NCBI RefSeq assembly: GCF_000012285.1
Contig: NC_007181.1
Span: forward strand, 300,001-332,000
DNA: 32,000 nucleotides
From: Sulfolobus acidocaldarius DSM 639
GTDB lineage: Archaea > Thermoproteota > Thermoprotei_A > Sulfolobales > Sulfolobaceae
Direction of reading: 5' to 3'
The notes beneath the pieces are model-generated. The model had not been told where the DNA came from. It searched no databases and worked only from the letters and a program-made list of their open reading frames with translations. The number at the start of each line of letters is the position of its first letter. Position 1 is the first letter of the stretch. A program made the position numbers and the translations under genes. Positions 8,029 through 17,677 of this stretch are shown piece by piece.

Positions 8029-8047
8029 GCAGAATTATAAAAAGGTA

Positions 8048-8096
8048 GTGATGAGTGCGACCGTGCCTGAATTGTGATGTGATTCCTTTAACCTGA
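8048..8096 (+). ncRNA. C/D box sRNA (2'-O-methylation guide), double guide
   Basis: GTGATGA (C, 8048-8054), gtgcgaccgtgc (12 nt), CTGA (D', 8067-8070), att, GTGATGT (C', 8074-8080), gattcctttaac (12 nt), CTGA (D, 8093-8096); 49 nt in total. It is intergenic except for a 9-nt antisense overlap with the stop of ORF 8088-9284. Confidence 0.8.
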
Positions 8097-9284
8097 CTTA
8101 ACAATTATCCACTTTCTAATAAGAGTTGAAAATATGTAGCTCCCCAAGAATGTGGTAATTAGAGCCATAATCACTATTTGCGAGTATTGAGATACATCAA
8201 GAACATTTCCGGATAACCCAACAGTTGCGACAACTAGACCAATTTCTCCTCTAGGTATCATGCCTACAGCTGTGATAATAGATTGCTTCAGGTTCTTAGT
8301 GTAAAAGTAGGCAACAGGTAATATCCCAAATATTTTCCCCACAATCGCAAGAAACGATAGCAGTAAACCCAAAAGTAAATCATTTAAATTAAAGAAGATA
8401 TAAAATGGTGTTTCCATGCCTACATAAACAAAAAATAGAGGACCGAATATGGAAATAAGGGTTTCAGTGAATCCGTTAACTCTCTTTGACTTTACACTCT
8501 CTGCTATAGCTACACCTGCAATGAAAGCAGCTATTACAGGAGAGAAGCCGACCACAAGCATAATCAAAACTAGGACAAACAAGATCACCAACGATATATT
8601 ATCAACTATCTCATCTCTAACTACTGTCAAAATCTTAGGAATCAAAAATACTGCAACAAAAAATATAACTATCCATGCCAGAGAAAGTTCAAGAACTCTT
8701 AGTGTAGTTTGAACTAAGGGAAGACTTCCTAGTGTTATTAATTCCACTACTGTAGATAAGATTATCAGTGCAACTACATCATCTATAGCTGCAGCAGAGA
8801 TAAGGAGCCTGGAAAAATTTTCTCTATATAGCTTATATTCATCCACTATGGACACAGTTGCAGCTAGGCTGGTTGCAGCACTCGCAGCACCCATGAGTAG
8901 GGCTACCTGAGTGTCATATACCAGAGAAAATACTACGAACACTAGGTAAGTGGGGATAACTGCACCTAAAGTAGCTGCCAAAAAGCCTAGAAATCCAGAG
9001 GATCTAAGGTTCTTAAAACCATGTGAAAGACCTGCGGCGAAAATAAGCAGAATTACTGAGAAGTTTGCAAATAGCACTACGTAATTGTTGATGGAGAATA
9101 GATTAACCTGCAAAATACTGTTGATTACACCTCCTAGAGCATAAGGGCTGAATACGATTCCAACTATTATTTCAGCTACGAGGGCTGGGATAAAATATTT
9201 CCGAAGAAGTAGTCTACCACCTTGAGCGAGGGCTAGGAGTGAGAACAACTCAAGTAATGCTACATATATTTCATCTGTTTCCAC
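8088..9284 (-). CDS. Cation:proton antiporter (CPA2 / Kef-type Na+/H+ exchanger family)
   Basis: 398 aa and entirely polytopic, with about 11-12 hydrophobic helices. Its length and composition are typical of the Na_H_Exchanger family. Confidence 0.85.
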   Translation of the reverse strand: METDEIYVALLELFSLLALAQGGRLLLRKYFIPALVAEIIVGIVFSPYALGGVINSILQVNLFSINNYVVLFANFSVILLIFAAGLSHGFKNLRSSGFLGFLAATLGAVIPTYLVFVVFSLVYDTQVALLMGAASAATSLAATVSIVDEYKLYRENFSRLLISAAAIDDVVALIILSTVVELITLGSLPLVQTTLRVLELSLAWIVIFFVAVFLIPKILTVVRDEIVDNISLVILFVLVLIMLVVGFSPVIAAFIAGVAIAESVKSKRVNGFTETLISIFGPLFFVYVGMETPFYIFFNLNDLLLGLLLSFLAIVGKIFGILPVAYFYTKNLKQSIITAVGMIPRGEIGLVVATVGLSGNVLDVSQYSQIVIMALITTFLGSYIFSTLIRKWIIVKSG

Positions 9285-9341
9285 TTTTTGCTCTACTGAG
9301 TATGAGATTTAATTTTTAACTTTTAAGTAGTAGATATTACA

Positions 9342-10304
9342 ATGCCACTATTTGGATCAAAGGAAGAGGAGAAGAAAATTTACCATATTGATTCTTTAAA
9401 TGAGCACATGAGGAATGTAATTAAAACTGTAATGGACGTTAATATGAATGATCTCGCATACTATTATGGTTTAAAATACTTAAGTCCAGTTATTGGGGAG
9501 CCTATATTTATACCCTATGGTAGGTTGGATGGAAAGTTTAATGACTTCGAGAAGGCTTTTGAAAAACTCTATCAGGAAATAGAGAAAATAAAAGATAGGG
9601 GATTGAAACAGTACTTGGAGTGGTATCCTGGGTCTAAGTTCCTTGATCATTATAGAATTGTGTTCTACTCCGAAGTTCAAGAGGGAATAACTTACGGTAT
9701 CGGAGCAGAGCCTTTAGCATTTACACCATCAAGCAGTTACGGATTACCGAATATCGAGGGAGAGGCAGTTGTGGTAGGTATGCAATTGTTAAATCTTGCT
9801 GTCCTCAAGAAACTCAACCTCAAGTTTTATGACTTAGTCAAGGATAAAAGGGATGAGGTAATAGAGGCTTACAATTGGTTATATTCAGAGTTTCACGCTA
9901 AATATGACACTAAGGATAGGAAATTCTTGACAGACATAGCATCATACTATATGAGACGATTCTTTCAACAAGTTTATGATGTAGCAAAGGACTACACTAC
10001 AGACAAATTAGAGGGTAAAATAGCTATAATTCCGCTTGTTGAGAGTAAGGCTAAGAAGGATGGAAAAATCATTGATGTATGGAGAGAGGACTTAAGAGAC
10101 CTACTGGAACAGGCTAGGTATTATTTAGTTGAAGCTATTCCTGCAATTTACAATCAAGAGCGTATGTCTAAGATACTTAAACAGGTTGGAAGCAACTTTG
10201 AAGAGATCATTTTAACATCCCAAAAGAAGCCTAAAATACCAGAAGAATTGAAAGATCTGAAGGTGAAAACTCAGGGAGATAAATTCGTGGTGTTAACTAA
10301 GTGA
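9342..10304 (+). CDS. Hypothetical soluble protein, no family recognised
   Basis: 320-aa ORF with no TM segments and no motif I can name. Its TGA stop overlaps the GTG of the next ORF ('aaGTGAta', 10301-10304), suggesting co-transcription or translational coupling. Confidence 0.6.
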   Translation: MPLFGSKEEEKKIYHIDSLNEHMRNVIKTVMDVNMNDLAYYYGLKYLSPVIGEPIFIPYGRLDGKFNDFEKAFEKLYQEIEKIKDRGLKQYLEWYPGSKFLDHYRIVFYSEVQEGITYGIGAEPLAFTPSSSYGLPNIEGEAVVVGMQLLNLAVLKKLNLKFYDLVKDKRDEVIEAYNWLYSEFHAKYDTKDRKFLTDIASYYMRRFFQQVYDVAKDYTTDKLEGKIAIIPLVESKAKKDGKIIDVWREDLRDLLEQARYYLVEAIPAIYNQERMSKILKQVGSNFEEIILTSQKKPKIPEELKDLKVKTQGDKFVVLTK

Positions 10305-11020
10305 TAGTAGAGCATATGGCTAAAGCAATAGCAGAGATATTAGAAGACGGCGAGAAAGTATATGTTGGCTTAAATTCTATATTACCTGCATTAGGCTCCT
10401 TTCTAGCTAGAGACGTATATCACAAGAATATAAGAATATATGGCGTGGCAGAGGCTGATAACCCCCTAGATATAACAATTTCACCATCAACAGGAGATCC
10501 AATGCTAGCTCAATATACTCCAGTGTTTACCACAGTTGACTTATTTGATTTAGTTCAGAAGGGTAAACTAGATGTTATGTTCTTAGGACCAATTCAAATA
10601 GACGAAGAAATTAACGCTAATGTTTCAGTTATAGGAAGCTATGAAAAACCTAAAGTGAGGTTACCTGGGGGTGCAGCAACAGCATTTATGATGCCCCTAA
10701 TAAGAAAACTAATACTGTGGAATTTCAGACATAATAGGCAGAGTTTCCCTAAGAGAGTTGACTTTGTAACCGGGACAGCTAAACACTCTAAGAACGAAGT
10801 ATATGTAGTTACAAATTTAGGAGTTCTTCATTTTAATAGGGAAAAGAACAGATGGGAAGTGATAGTTCTGTACCCCTGGAGTAATATTAATGAAATAAAG
10901 AGTAATACGGGATTCGATGTCTATGAGGGGGATATCAAGGAAGTTAGAGTAACTGAAAAGGACATAGAATACATTAGGAAACTGGATCCTTACAACCTGA
11001 GAGAAGGATTGATAAAATAA
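10301..11020 (+). CDS. Family-I CoA-transferase, subunit B (GctB/AtoA-like)
   Basis: 239 aa. 'VYVGLNSILPALGSFLA' and 'VRLPGGAATAFMMP' are typical beta-subunit elements. The start is either GTG 10301 or ATG 10316 ('MAKAIAEILEDGEKVYVG'). Confidence 0.75.
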   Translation: MIVEHMAKAIAEILEDGEKVYVGLNSILPALGSFLARDVYHKNIRIYGVAEADNPLDITISPSTGDPMLAQYTPVFTTVDLFDLVQKGKLDVMFLGPIQIDEEINANVSVIGSYEKPKVRLPGGAATAFMMPLIRKLILWNFRHNRQSFPKRVDFVTGTAKHSKNEVYVVTNLGVLHFNREKNRWEVIVLYPWSNINEIKSNTGFDVYEGDIKEVRVTEKDIEYIRKLDPYNLREGLIK

Positions 11021-11776
11021 TCAAATGGGTTGAATGAGCTCAAGAACTTTTCCCCAGTCAACGTCATACACTCCAAACATACTCGTTGGTTCTGCGCCCC
11101 TTGGAAGCTCCACAACAGCAGTCACATAGTCTGCATTAATTGTGGGTCTCTTGCCGTAAAAGTAGGATCTAGGCACTATCTCTTCAGCTGTTATAATAAC
11201 TGTCTTAGATGCCTTTGCCTTAAACTCATCCTCAAATAAAGGTCCAATAATCTCTGCATTTCCCTCCTCGTCTGCTTTATGGACATGTATTATAGCTACA
11301 TCTGGAGTGATAGCTTTAACTAACAGAACCTCTTCCCCTGAGAAAGGATCCTTGGCTACTCTCCAACTTCCAACTTTTTCATGTAATTTTACCAGATCAG
11401 ACCCAAGTACACCTTTAACGGGCATAAATGGGATTCCAAAAGCCCCTGCCCTTATTCCGGCTATAAACGCACCACAGCTGTCCTCAAGAAATTCAACTTC
11501 ACCGCTCTCTACTTTTTTCCTGAAGTTTGAGGGAATACCTAGCCATTCCAAGGTTGCCATTGCAGCCCTTATTTTCTTCACAACGTTATGCTTAAGTAAG
11601 ATCTCTAGACCTAAACCTGGCTCTCTATCCACAAATCCCAAATTTCTTACATCACTGTTCACTAGTGCAAATATAAAGCCCATGGGACTTCTGTGAAATG
11701 ATATACCACTTATTGTGATCCAATCTCCCTCCTTAACTAGTTTTATAGCCCTGTCTAAGCTCACTAGTTTTGACAT
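11021..11776 (-). CDS. Family-I CoA-transferase, subunit A (GctA/AtoD-like)
   Basis: 'MSKLVSLDRAIKLVKEGDWITISG...' through 'PDVAIIHVHKADEEGNAEI' is alpha-subunit-like. I prefer ATG 11776 because the TATA-like 'tttttatatttaattaa' is centred ~26 nt upstream. The ORF as tracked extends to 11809. Confidence 0.75.
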   Translation of the reverse strand: MSKLVSLDRAIKLVKEGDWITISGISFHRSPMGFIFALVNSDVRNLGFVDREPGLGLEILLKHNVVKKIRAAMATLEWLGIPSNFRKKVESGEVEFLEDSCGAFIAGIRAGAFGIPFMPVKGVLGSDLVKLHEKVGSWRVAKDPFSGEEVLLVKAITPDVAIIHVHKADEEGNAEIIGPLFEDEFKAKASKTVIITAEEIVPRSYFYGKRPTINADYVTAVVELPRGAEPTSMFGVYDVDWGKVLELIQPI

Positions 11777-11900
11777 AATATCTAGTACGTTAATTAAATA
11801 TAAAAACAATTCTTACATCAGTCTTTAATTTACCTGACCACACTTCATTACCAATATCCTAATAAACGAAGATAAGAACTAAATACAGCTTTCAAGAACC

Positions 11901-13418
11901 TTAATCACTTGAACCATATCCTCCTCCACCTGGAGTCTCAATTATTACTTCATCTCCTTCATCCAACTCAACAACACACTTACTCTTTAAACTTACCAGT
12001 TCATCACTCCTCTTCCTAACTGTGGCTTTACCAGGTTTTCCCCTTTCTCCTCCGTTAAGACCCCACGGACCAATAATAAACCTATCAGCCATTAAGGCTA
12101 ATCTAGTGGGGGATAGTACTTTGAAGGACCTAATAATTCCATCTCCACCCTTATACTTTCCTTTCCCTCCGCTTCCCACTCTCACAGTATATGATGTAAA
12201 TAGTAAAGGATAAACGCTTTCAGCAACTTCAATGGGAGTATTTAGCGTATTTGTCATATTTGAATGTACTGCAGAAATACCGTCTTCACTTGGTCTTGCC
12301 CCACTGCCTCCTCCAATTGTCTCGTAGTACGACCAATATCTTCCTTTGTAAAAGCCTCCCATCATAATGTTCATCATAGTTCCTGAGCTCGCTGCCGGAA
12401 CAGGTAAGAACTTCGATAGGGATAAGAAAGTAACATCAGCTATCCTTTGCGATGTCTCTACATTGCCTCCACTAACTGGGGCAGGCTTAACTGGGTTAAC
12501 CAAGGTACCTTCGTCGGCTTTAACTTGGACAAATGAGTAAAAACCTTCATTAGTTGACACTGACTTTCCTAACGCTGATCTTATAGCAAATGACACTGCG
12601 GAATATGTTACCCCGTAAACTGCATTCAAGGGACCATCAATCTGTCCATGAGTTCCACTGAAATCTGCGGTAACCCTATCCTTTCTCACCTTCAAGGTGA
12701 GTTTAATGGGCAATAGTTTATCCTCCCATTCTAAATAGTCTTCAGCTCGGTAATCGCCCTCTTTCCAATTAATGTTACTAACCACATTTCTCGTGTACTC
12801 TATGGTTTCGTCCCAACCCTCTACTACGTTCTGCAAACCGTATTTCTCTATTAGTTGTCTTACTCTAATTACTCCTAAACTGTTTGCAGATAGCTGAGCT
12901 CTTAAATCACCAATGGAGACCTCAGGCATCTTGAAATTCTCCTTTATTATCTTTATTACTCTCTCATCTAGCTTAACAGGAGGTATCACTATTCCCTCTT
13001 CATACAATGTTTTAGCTAAGGGATTTAGACTTCCAGGGATTGGACCACCAACGTCTACTTGATGGGCTTTATTTACAACGTATCCCACTATCTTCCCTTC
13101 ATAATCTATAGGAGTCAATAGCCCTACATCATTTAAATGTGTACCTGATATGTATGGGTCATTAAAGATGTAATTCTCCCCGGGCTTAATTTCATCTCCT
13201 AAATACTTGAGAACGTTTACCACGGCAACCTTAAACGAGCCTAAATGGACTGGGATGTGCTCCGCTTGTGCAACAATCCTCCCTTGGTTATCTATAATAG
13301 CGCAGCTATGATCCATCCTCTCCCTTATGTTAGGAGATAATGCGGATTTCTTTAACATCACGCCCATCTCTTCAGCTATAAATGTTGTAGCCTTATCGAT
13401 TACCTCCCACGTTGTCAC
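11901..13418 (-). CDS. Hydantoinase B / oxoprolinase family protein (HyuB-like)
   Basis: 505 aa. '[19 protein letters not shown]' and the overall layout are typical of the Hydantoinase_B family. The GTG start overlaps the TGA stop of the upstream hyuA-like gene ('caGTGAca'). Confidence 0.9.
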   Translation of the reverse strand: MTTWEVIDKATTFIAEEMGVMLKKSALSPNIRERMDHSCAIIDNQGRIVAQAEHIPVHLGSFKVAVVNVLKYLGDEIKPGENYIFNDPYISGTHLNDVGLLTPIDYEGKIVGYVVNKAHQVDVGGPIPGSLNPLAKTLYEEGIVIPPVKLDERVIKIIKENFKMPEVSIGDLRAQLSANSLGVIRVRQLIEKYGLQNVVEGWDETIEYTRNVVSNINWKEGDYRAEDYLEWEDKLLPIKLTLKVRKDRVTADFSGTHGQIDGPLNAVYGVTYSAVSFAIRSALGKSVSTNEGFYSFVQVKADEGTLVNPVKPAPVSGGNVETSQRIADVTFLSLSKFLPVPAASSGTMMNIMMGGFYKGRYWSYYETIGGGSGARPSEDGISAVHSNMTNTLNTPIEVAESVYPLLFTSYTVRVGSGGKGKYKGGDGIIRSFKVLSPTRLALMADRFIIGPWGLNGGERGKPGKATVRKRSDELVSLKSKCVVELDEGDEVIIETPGGGGYGSSD

Positions 13419-15337
13419 TGCTTTCTCACCTCCATAAATCCCATTTTACCTACTTCTAACTCCCATCCGTCCTTAACTAGTGTTGTAGAACTATACTCTT
13501 CCACAATTACAGGACCTTTTGCTCTAAATCCTTTAGGTAATTTCTCTCTCAAGTAAATATCTGCACTGACCCAATCATCAATGTAAACTTTTCTAATCTT
13601 TTTATTAATATTTCCTCCTACAGGGTCAGGTAAAACAGGCTTTACTGTCTTCCTCACTGCAAACACTCTAGCATTGACAACTTCTATTGGATAGGGTAAA
13701 GTATAACCATATACTGCCCTATGTCTCTCTTCAAAATCCCTCCTATAATCGTTCTTTACCAAAACAGTGAGCTCCCAACCCTGACCCTTATACCTAGCGT
13801 CAACATATCTTATAAAATAATCAACAGTGCCCATTCTCCTTCTTAAACTCTCCTCTAATTTTCGAAATTCACTATCCACATCTCTTGGAAATGGACTCCT
13901 AGCCTCTATTTTCTCGTCTACTGCAAGGAGGGAGAGTGCACTGAAAAGACCTGGATGAGGTGGAACTATTATCCTCTTGATTCCTAATTCTTCTGCAACA
14001 TCTACAGCCCACTGGGGACCAGCACCACCAAAAGCGAATAAGGTGAACTCTGTAGGGTCTAATCCTCTCTCCACAGTTACCAATCTTATCGCTCTAGCCA
14101 TTTCTATACTGGCTAATTTTACAGCTTGATAAGAAACTTCGATTGGATCTCCCAGCTTTTCTAGACCGCTCCTGGCTCCTTCAACGTCTAATCTCATATT
14201 TCCCGAAAGTAAATATTCATTGATCCTACCCAGAACTAGATTAGCGTCAGTTAAAGTGGGTTTATCTCCTCCTTTCATATAAGCTATTGGACCTGGATCT
14301 GCCCCTGCACTTATTGGACCTACTCTTAGAGCTCCACCCTCATCTCTCCAAATTATGGTACCACCACCTGCCGATACTTCAGCTAGATCTATAAACGGAA
14401 ATCTTACCGGGTAACCAGAACCCTTTACTAGTCTTCCATGATGAGCCTTCCCACCGACCTCATATTCGCTGGTAATCTCTATTTCGTTGTTAACAATACT
14501 TCCTGCCTTTGCTGTTGTCCCTCCCATATCAAAGCTTATTACGTTACTAATACCTAGTAATTGCGAGAATACTTGGGCTCCGACGACTCCTGCTGCAGGT
14601 CCACTCTCTATAATCTGCACTGGTCTTTTCTTAACTTCATCAACATCTACGAGTCCCCCAGAGCTTGACATTATGTACAGTGAGGGAATGTCTTTAGATA
14701 TACTCTCTAAGTATCTGGAGACTATGGGCATGAGCATGGCGTTTATAACAGTTGTAGAGGTTCTCTCATATTCCCTTTGCTCAGGACAAACCTCATGCGA
14801 AATGCAAACATAATTAAAGTGCTTTGAGAGAACTTCCTTTGCGACGTCTTCATTCTCAGGATTTGCATATGAGTGAAGAAAGGAAACAGCTACACTCTCA
14901 ACGTCCTTTAGTCTAACAGCTATTTCATCAATTTCTAAGGGATTTAATTTAACTAGTACTTTACCGTCAAAAAGTGTTCTCTCATTTACCTCGAATCTCA
15001 ATTCTCTCGGTACCAAGGGCTTAGGCTTGTGAAAGTACATGTCATACAGTTCAGGTCTGTTCTGTCTGCCTATTTCAATTATGTCCTTAAAACCTTTAGT
15101 CGTAATTAAGGCAGTTTTTGGTAGCTCGAGATTAAGCTGACCTAAGAAGGCATTAGTTGCTACTGTGGTAGCGTGAATTACCCTATCAACTTTTACATTT
15201 AACTCTTCTATTGCCTTCCTTAAACCTACCTCAGGATTCCTAGGAGTAGATAGACCTTTATAATACTTTATGTTACCATTTTCGTCTATCGCAATCGCGT
15301 CTGTAAATGTACCGCCCACATCAACAGCAACAATCAT
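13415..15337 (-). CDS. Hydantoinase A / oxoprolinase family protein (HyuA-like, ASKHA ATPase fold)
   Basis: 640 aa. '[21 protein letters not shown]' and '[11 protein letters not shown]' are the two phosphate-binding motifs of the Hydantoinase_A family. Confidence 0.9.
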   Translation of the reverse strand: MIVAVDVGGTFTDAIAIDENGNIKYYKGLSTPRNPEVGLRKAIEELNVKVDRVIHATTVATNAFLGQLNLELPKTALITTKGFKDIIEIGRQNRPELYDMYFHKPKPLVPRELRFEVNERTLFDGKVLVKLNPLEIDEIAVRLKDVESVAVSFLHSYANPENEDVAKEVLSKHFNYVCISHEVCPEQREYERTSTTVINAMLMPIVSRYLESISKDIPSLYIMSSSGGLVDVDEVKKRPVQIIESGPAAGVVGAQVFSQLLGISNVISFDMGGTTAKAGSIVNNEIEITSEYEVGGKAHHGRLVKGSGYPVRFPFIDLAEVSAGGGTIIWRDEGGALRVGPISAGADPGPIAYMKGGDKPTLTDANLVLGRINEYLLSGNMRLDVEGARSGLEKLGDPIEVSYQAVKLASIEMARAIRLVTVERGLDPTEFTLFAFGGAGPQWAVDVAEELGIKRIIVPPHPGLFSALSLLAVDEKIEARSPFPRDVDSEFRKLEESLRRRMGTVDYFIRYVDARYKGQGWELTVLVKNDYRRDFEERHRAVYGYTLPYPIEVVNARVFAVRKTVKPVLPDPVGGNINKKIRKVYIDDWVSADIYLREKLPKGFRAKGPVIVEEYSSTTLVKDGWELEVGKMGFMEVRKQ

Positions 15338-15525
15338 GAATTCTAAATAAGAAGCCTGGATTAAAAACTATTTTCTAGGTCGGCTTCTGCAGTAGAGTGA
15401 ATTTTTTCCATTAGTGTACGCAGGACAAGAATTATAGTCTGAGAGTAGAAACTTTCTTTATTCAGCAAGATAGTTACGATATTATTTTCTTTAAAGTTTT
15501 ATTATTGAAGAGATGATCTTAATTT

Positions 15526-16125
15526 ATGTCAGTGGATTTTGGAACATATCATCACTCAACCAAGGAAGATTCGGAAATGTTAAGGGGAATTGCTAAAGAG
15601 CTCTTTTTCCAAGCCTTTATGAAGACTGGCTTACCAAGAGATAAGGAGATAAGTGTTTTAGATGTAGGATGCGGATTAGGTTTTTTAAGTTATGTTGTAA
15701 CCCAGTATTTTCCAAAGGCGAAAATATTAGGAATAGACACTTTTGAAAACTCAAGTCTTCTGGATTCAGATATGAGGAAGGCTGAAGAAAACATGGAACA
15801 CTTAGGTATAAGAGACAGGGTATTCTTCAAAAGGTTAAACGTTTTAGATATCACTGAGGAATTAGGGCACTTTGATATTGTGGTCTCCAATTTAGTTTTT
15901 CATAATTTAGGTAGAAGGAGATTCGAGGCATACGAAAAGATTACTAAAGTGATGAAACCTAGCTCATTCTTCATAAATGGCGATATATTTTTTGGGAGTG
16001 AACCCGAGAAATCGTTTGAAGCAGATATAAGTAGATTAAGCAAGATATTCAAACTAATATTTAGTAAAAGGTTGGAGTTAAAAGAATCATTGACTTACTA
16101 CATAGCAGTCCTAACTAGGGCTTAA
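15526..16125 (+). CDS. Class I SAM-dependent methyltransferase
   Basis: 199 aa with motif I 'VLDVGCGLGFLS', a post-I acidic residue 'ILGIDT' and motif IV-like 'FDIVVSNLVFHNL'. Confidence 0.8.
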   Translation: MSVDFGTYHHSTKEDSEMLRGIAKELFFQAFMKTGLPRDKEISVLDVGCGLGFLSYVVTQYFPKAKILGIDTFENSSLLDSDMRKAEENMEHLGIRDRVFFKRLNVLDITEELGHFDIVVSNLVFHNLGRRRFEAYEKITKVMKPSSFFINGDIFFGSEPEKSFEADISRLSKIFKLIFSKRLELKESLTYYIAVLTRA

Positions 16126-16329
16126 ATCACGTAAAACGTCTTTATAGTGGTAAAGATATCTCTGCTGTTACTATGCGTTCCTTTCAACTAAGCCAGATTA
16201 GTTACTGTCTTGCAACTTCAGGGTATTAGAGTGTTGAAAGAGATGATTTTAAAGCTTTTTAGGAGAATTTGAAATATAAAAATCTAAAAATCGATTTACT
16301 TTGCCTAACATTTATCTGGGGTTTGTGTA

Positions 16330-17448
16330 ATGAGTAGAAAAACGTATGTGGTAATAGGCTTTGTGATAATGTGCTTTAACTCTATTTATCAATATTCTTG
16401 GAACGCATTGCAACCGCTTTTAAAATCAGGATTCAATGTGAGTTTAGTCCAGGTTGCACTTGGTTTTACACTTTTTAGTATATTCTCTTCATTGGCACAA
16501 CCTTTAGGAGGTCATTTTGCTGATAAACAGGGACCTAAGAGAATAGGAATTATAGCAGGGATTTTATCATCTATAGGCTTCTTAGGAACATATCTTTCAC
16601 CGAACATATATGTCTTCTACACTGTATGGTCAATAGGAAGTGCGGGAGAGGGAATCTTATACGGCATAGCTGCAAATCTAGCAATGAAATGGTTCGAAGA
16701 CAAAAAAGGAGTCGCTACAGGTGTAGTCTCCATGGGCTTAGGAATAGGTTCAGCACTTCTTAACCCTTTTATAGCAATGGCGACAAGCTATAAGACAATA
16801 ACACTTGGTATTGGGTTGACTGAAGTTATCGTACTGCCAATTCTACTTTGGTTGTCAGATTATCCAAAACTATTATCAGGACAAGCTCCAAGGCAAATTA
16901 TAACTACTACCCGATTTTGGCTCATATATGTTTCCTTTGTAACCGTGCTCGTACCTTTCAGTGTGATATCCTCGCAACTATCAGTTCTTGGAAAAGGAGT
17001 TCCACAACAGGAGCTGATTACCTTAATTTCACTTTTACCTCTATTGAGCGGTGGACTTAGACCATTTTTTGGAATGGTTGCAGATAGACTAGGTATAATA
17101 AGAACCACATTAATTCTAGATTTAACGATAACATTGGGTGCGTTGTTTTTACTGTTGAACCAAATTGCGATTTCGACTATTTTAGTGGGTCTTTCGGGAG
17201 GTTCAATGATAACACTTTATTTCAATGTTGCAGGGGAAATATTTGGAACACGATTCTCGACAGTAAACAGCGGGATACTTTACACTGGAAAAGCTCTAGG
17301 TGGGACATTAGGAAGTGTAGTCTTTGCAATACTTTATAGTATAAACCTACAGTTGTCAGAGATGTATTCGTTAATTTGTGGTATTATAGGCATTTTAGCT
17401 CTATTACTTGTAGTTTTTACAACCCAGCAACAGGCTCAACGAGTCTAA
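16330..17448 (+). CDS. MFS transporter (oxalate/formate-antiporter-like subfamily)
   Basis: 372 aa and polytopic. The N-terminus 'GFVIMCFNSIYQYSWNALQPLL' and 'GGHFADKQGPKRIG' (MFS loop 2-3 motif) are typical of the family. Confidence 0.8.
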   Translation: MSRKTYVVIGFVIMCFNSIYQYSWNALQPLLKSGFNVSLVQVALGFTLFSIFSSLAQPLGGHFADKQGPKRIGIIAGILSSIGFLGTYLSPNIYVFYTVWSIGSAGEGILYGIAANLAMKWFEDKKGVATGVVSMGLGIGSALLNPFIAMATSYKTITLGIGLTEVIVLPILLWLSDYPKLLSGQAPRQIITTTRFWLIYVSFVTVLVPFSVISSQLSVLGKGVPQQELITLISLLPLLSGGLRPFFGMVADRLGIIRTTLILDLTITLGALFLLLNQIAISTILVGLSGGSMITLYFNVAGEIFGTRFSTVNSGILYTGKALGGTLGSVVFAILYSINLQLSEMYSLICGIIGILALLLVVFTTQQQAQRV

Positions 17449-17462
17449 AAATGAAGACTTAA

Positions 17463-17485
17463 TTTTTTGAAAGGGTATGTTTTTT
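17463..17485 (+). terminator. Oligo-T terminator after the MFS gene
   Basis: T6 runs at 17463-17468 and 17480-17485, starting 15 nt after the TAA stop at 17446-17448. Confidence 0.45.
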
Positions 17486-17677
17486 GTCCTTAGCATATGA
17501 TACGTAAAGTTAATTAGTTTACATGGGTGCGTTGAAGTGTACCTTTATCTCCTTTCAGACGTGTCTAATGAATTATGAAAAGTATTCTTTCAAATAGTTA
17601 TTCAAATGAAATAAAATATAAGTACTATAATCCTAATGGGTAGTTACTTTTTTATGTGAAAAGAATCATACGAAAAT

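Noticed and set aside
15529-15555. A minus-strand GTGATGA followed by CTGA at the 5' end of the methyltransferase gene.
   Set aside because: The guide spacing is 16 nt, and no C'/D pair follows. This is probably chance.
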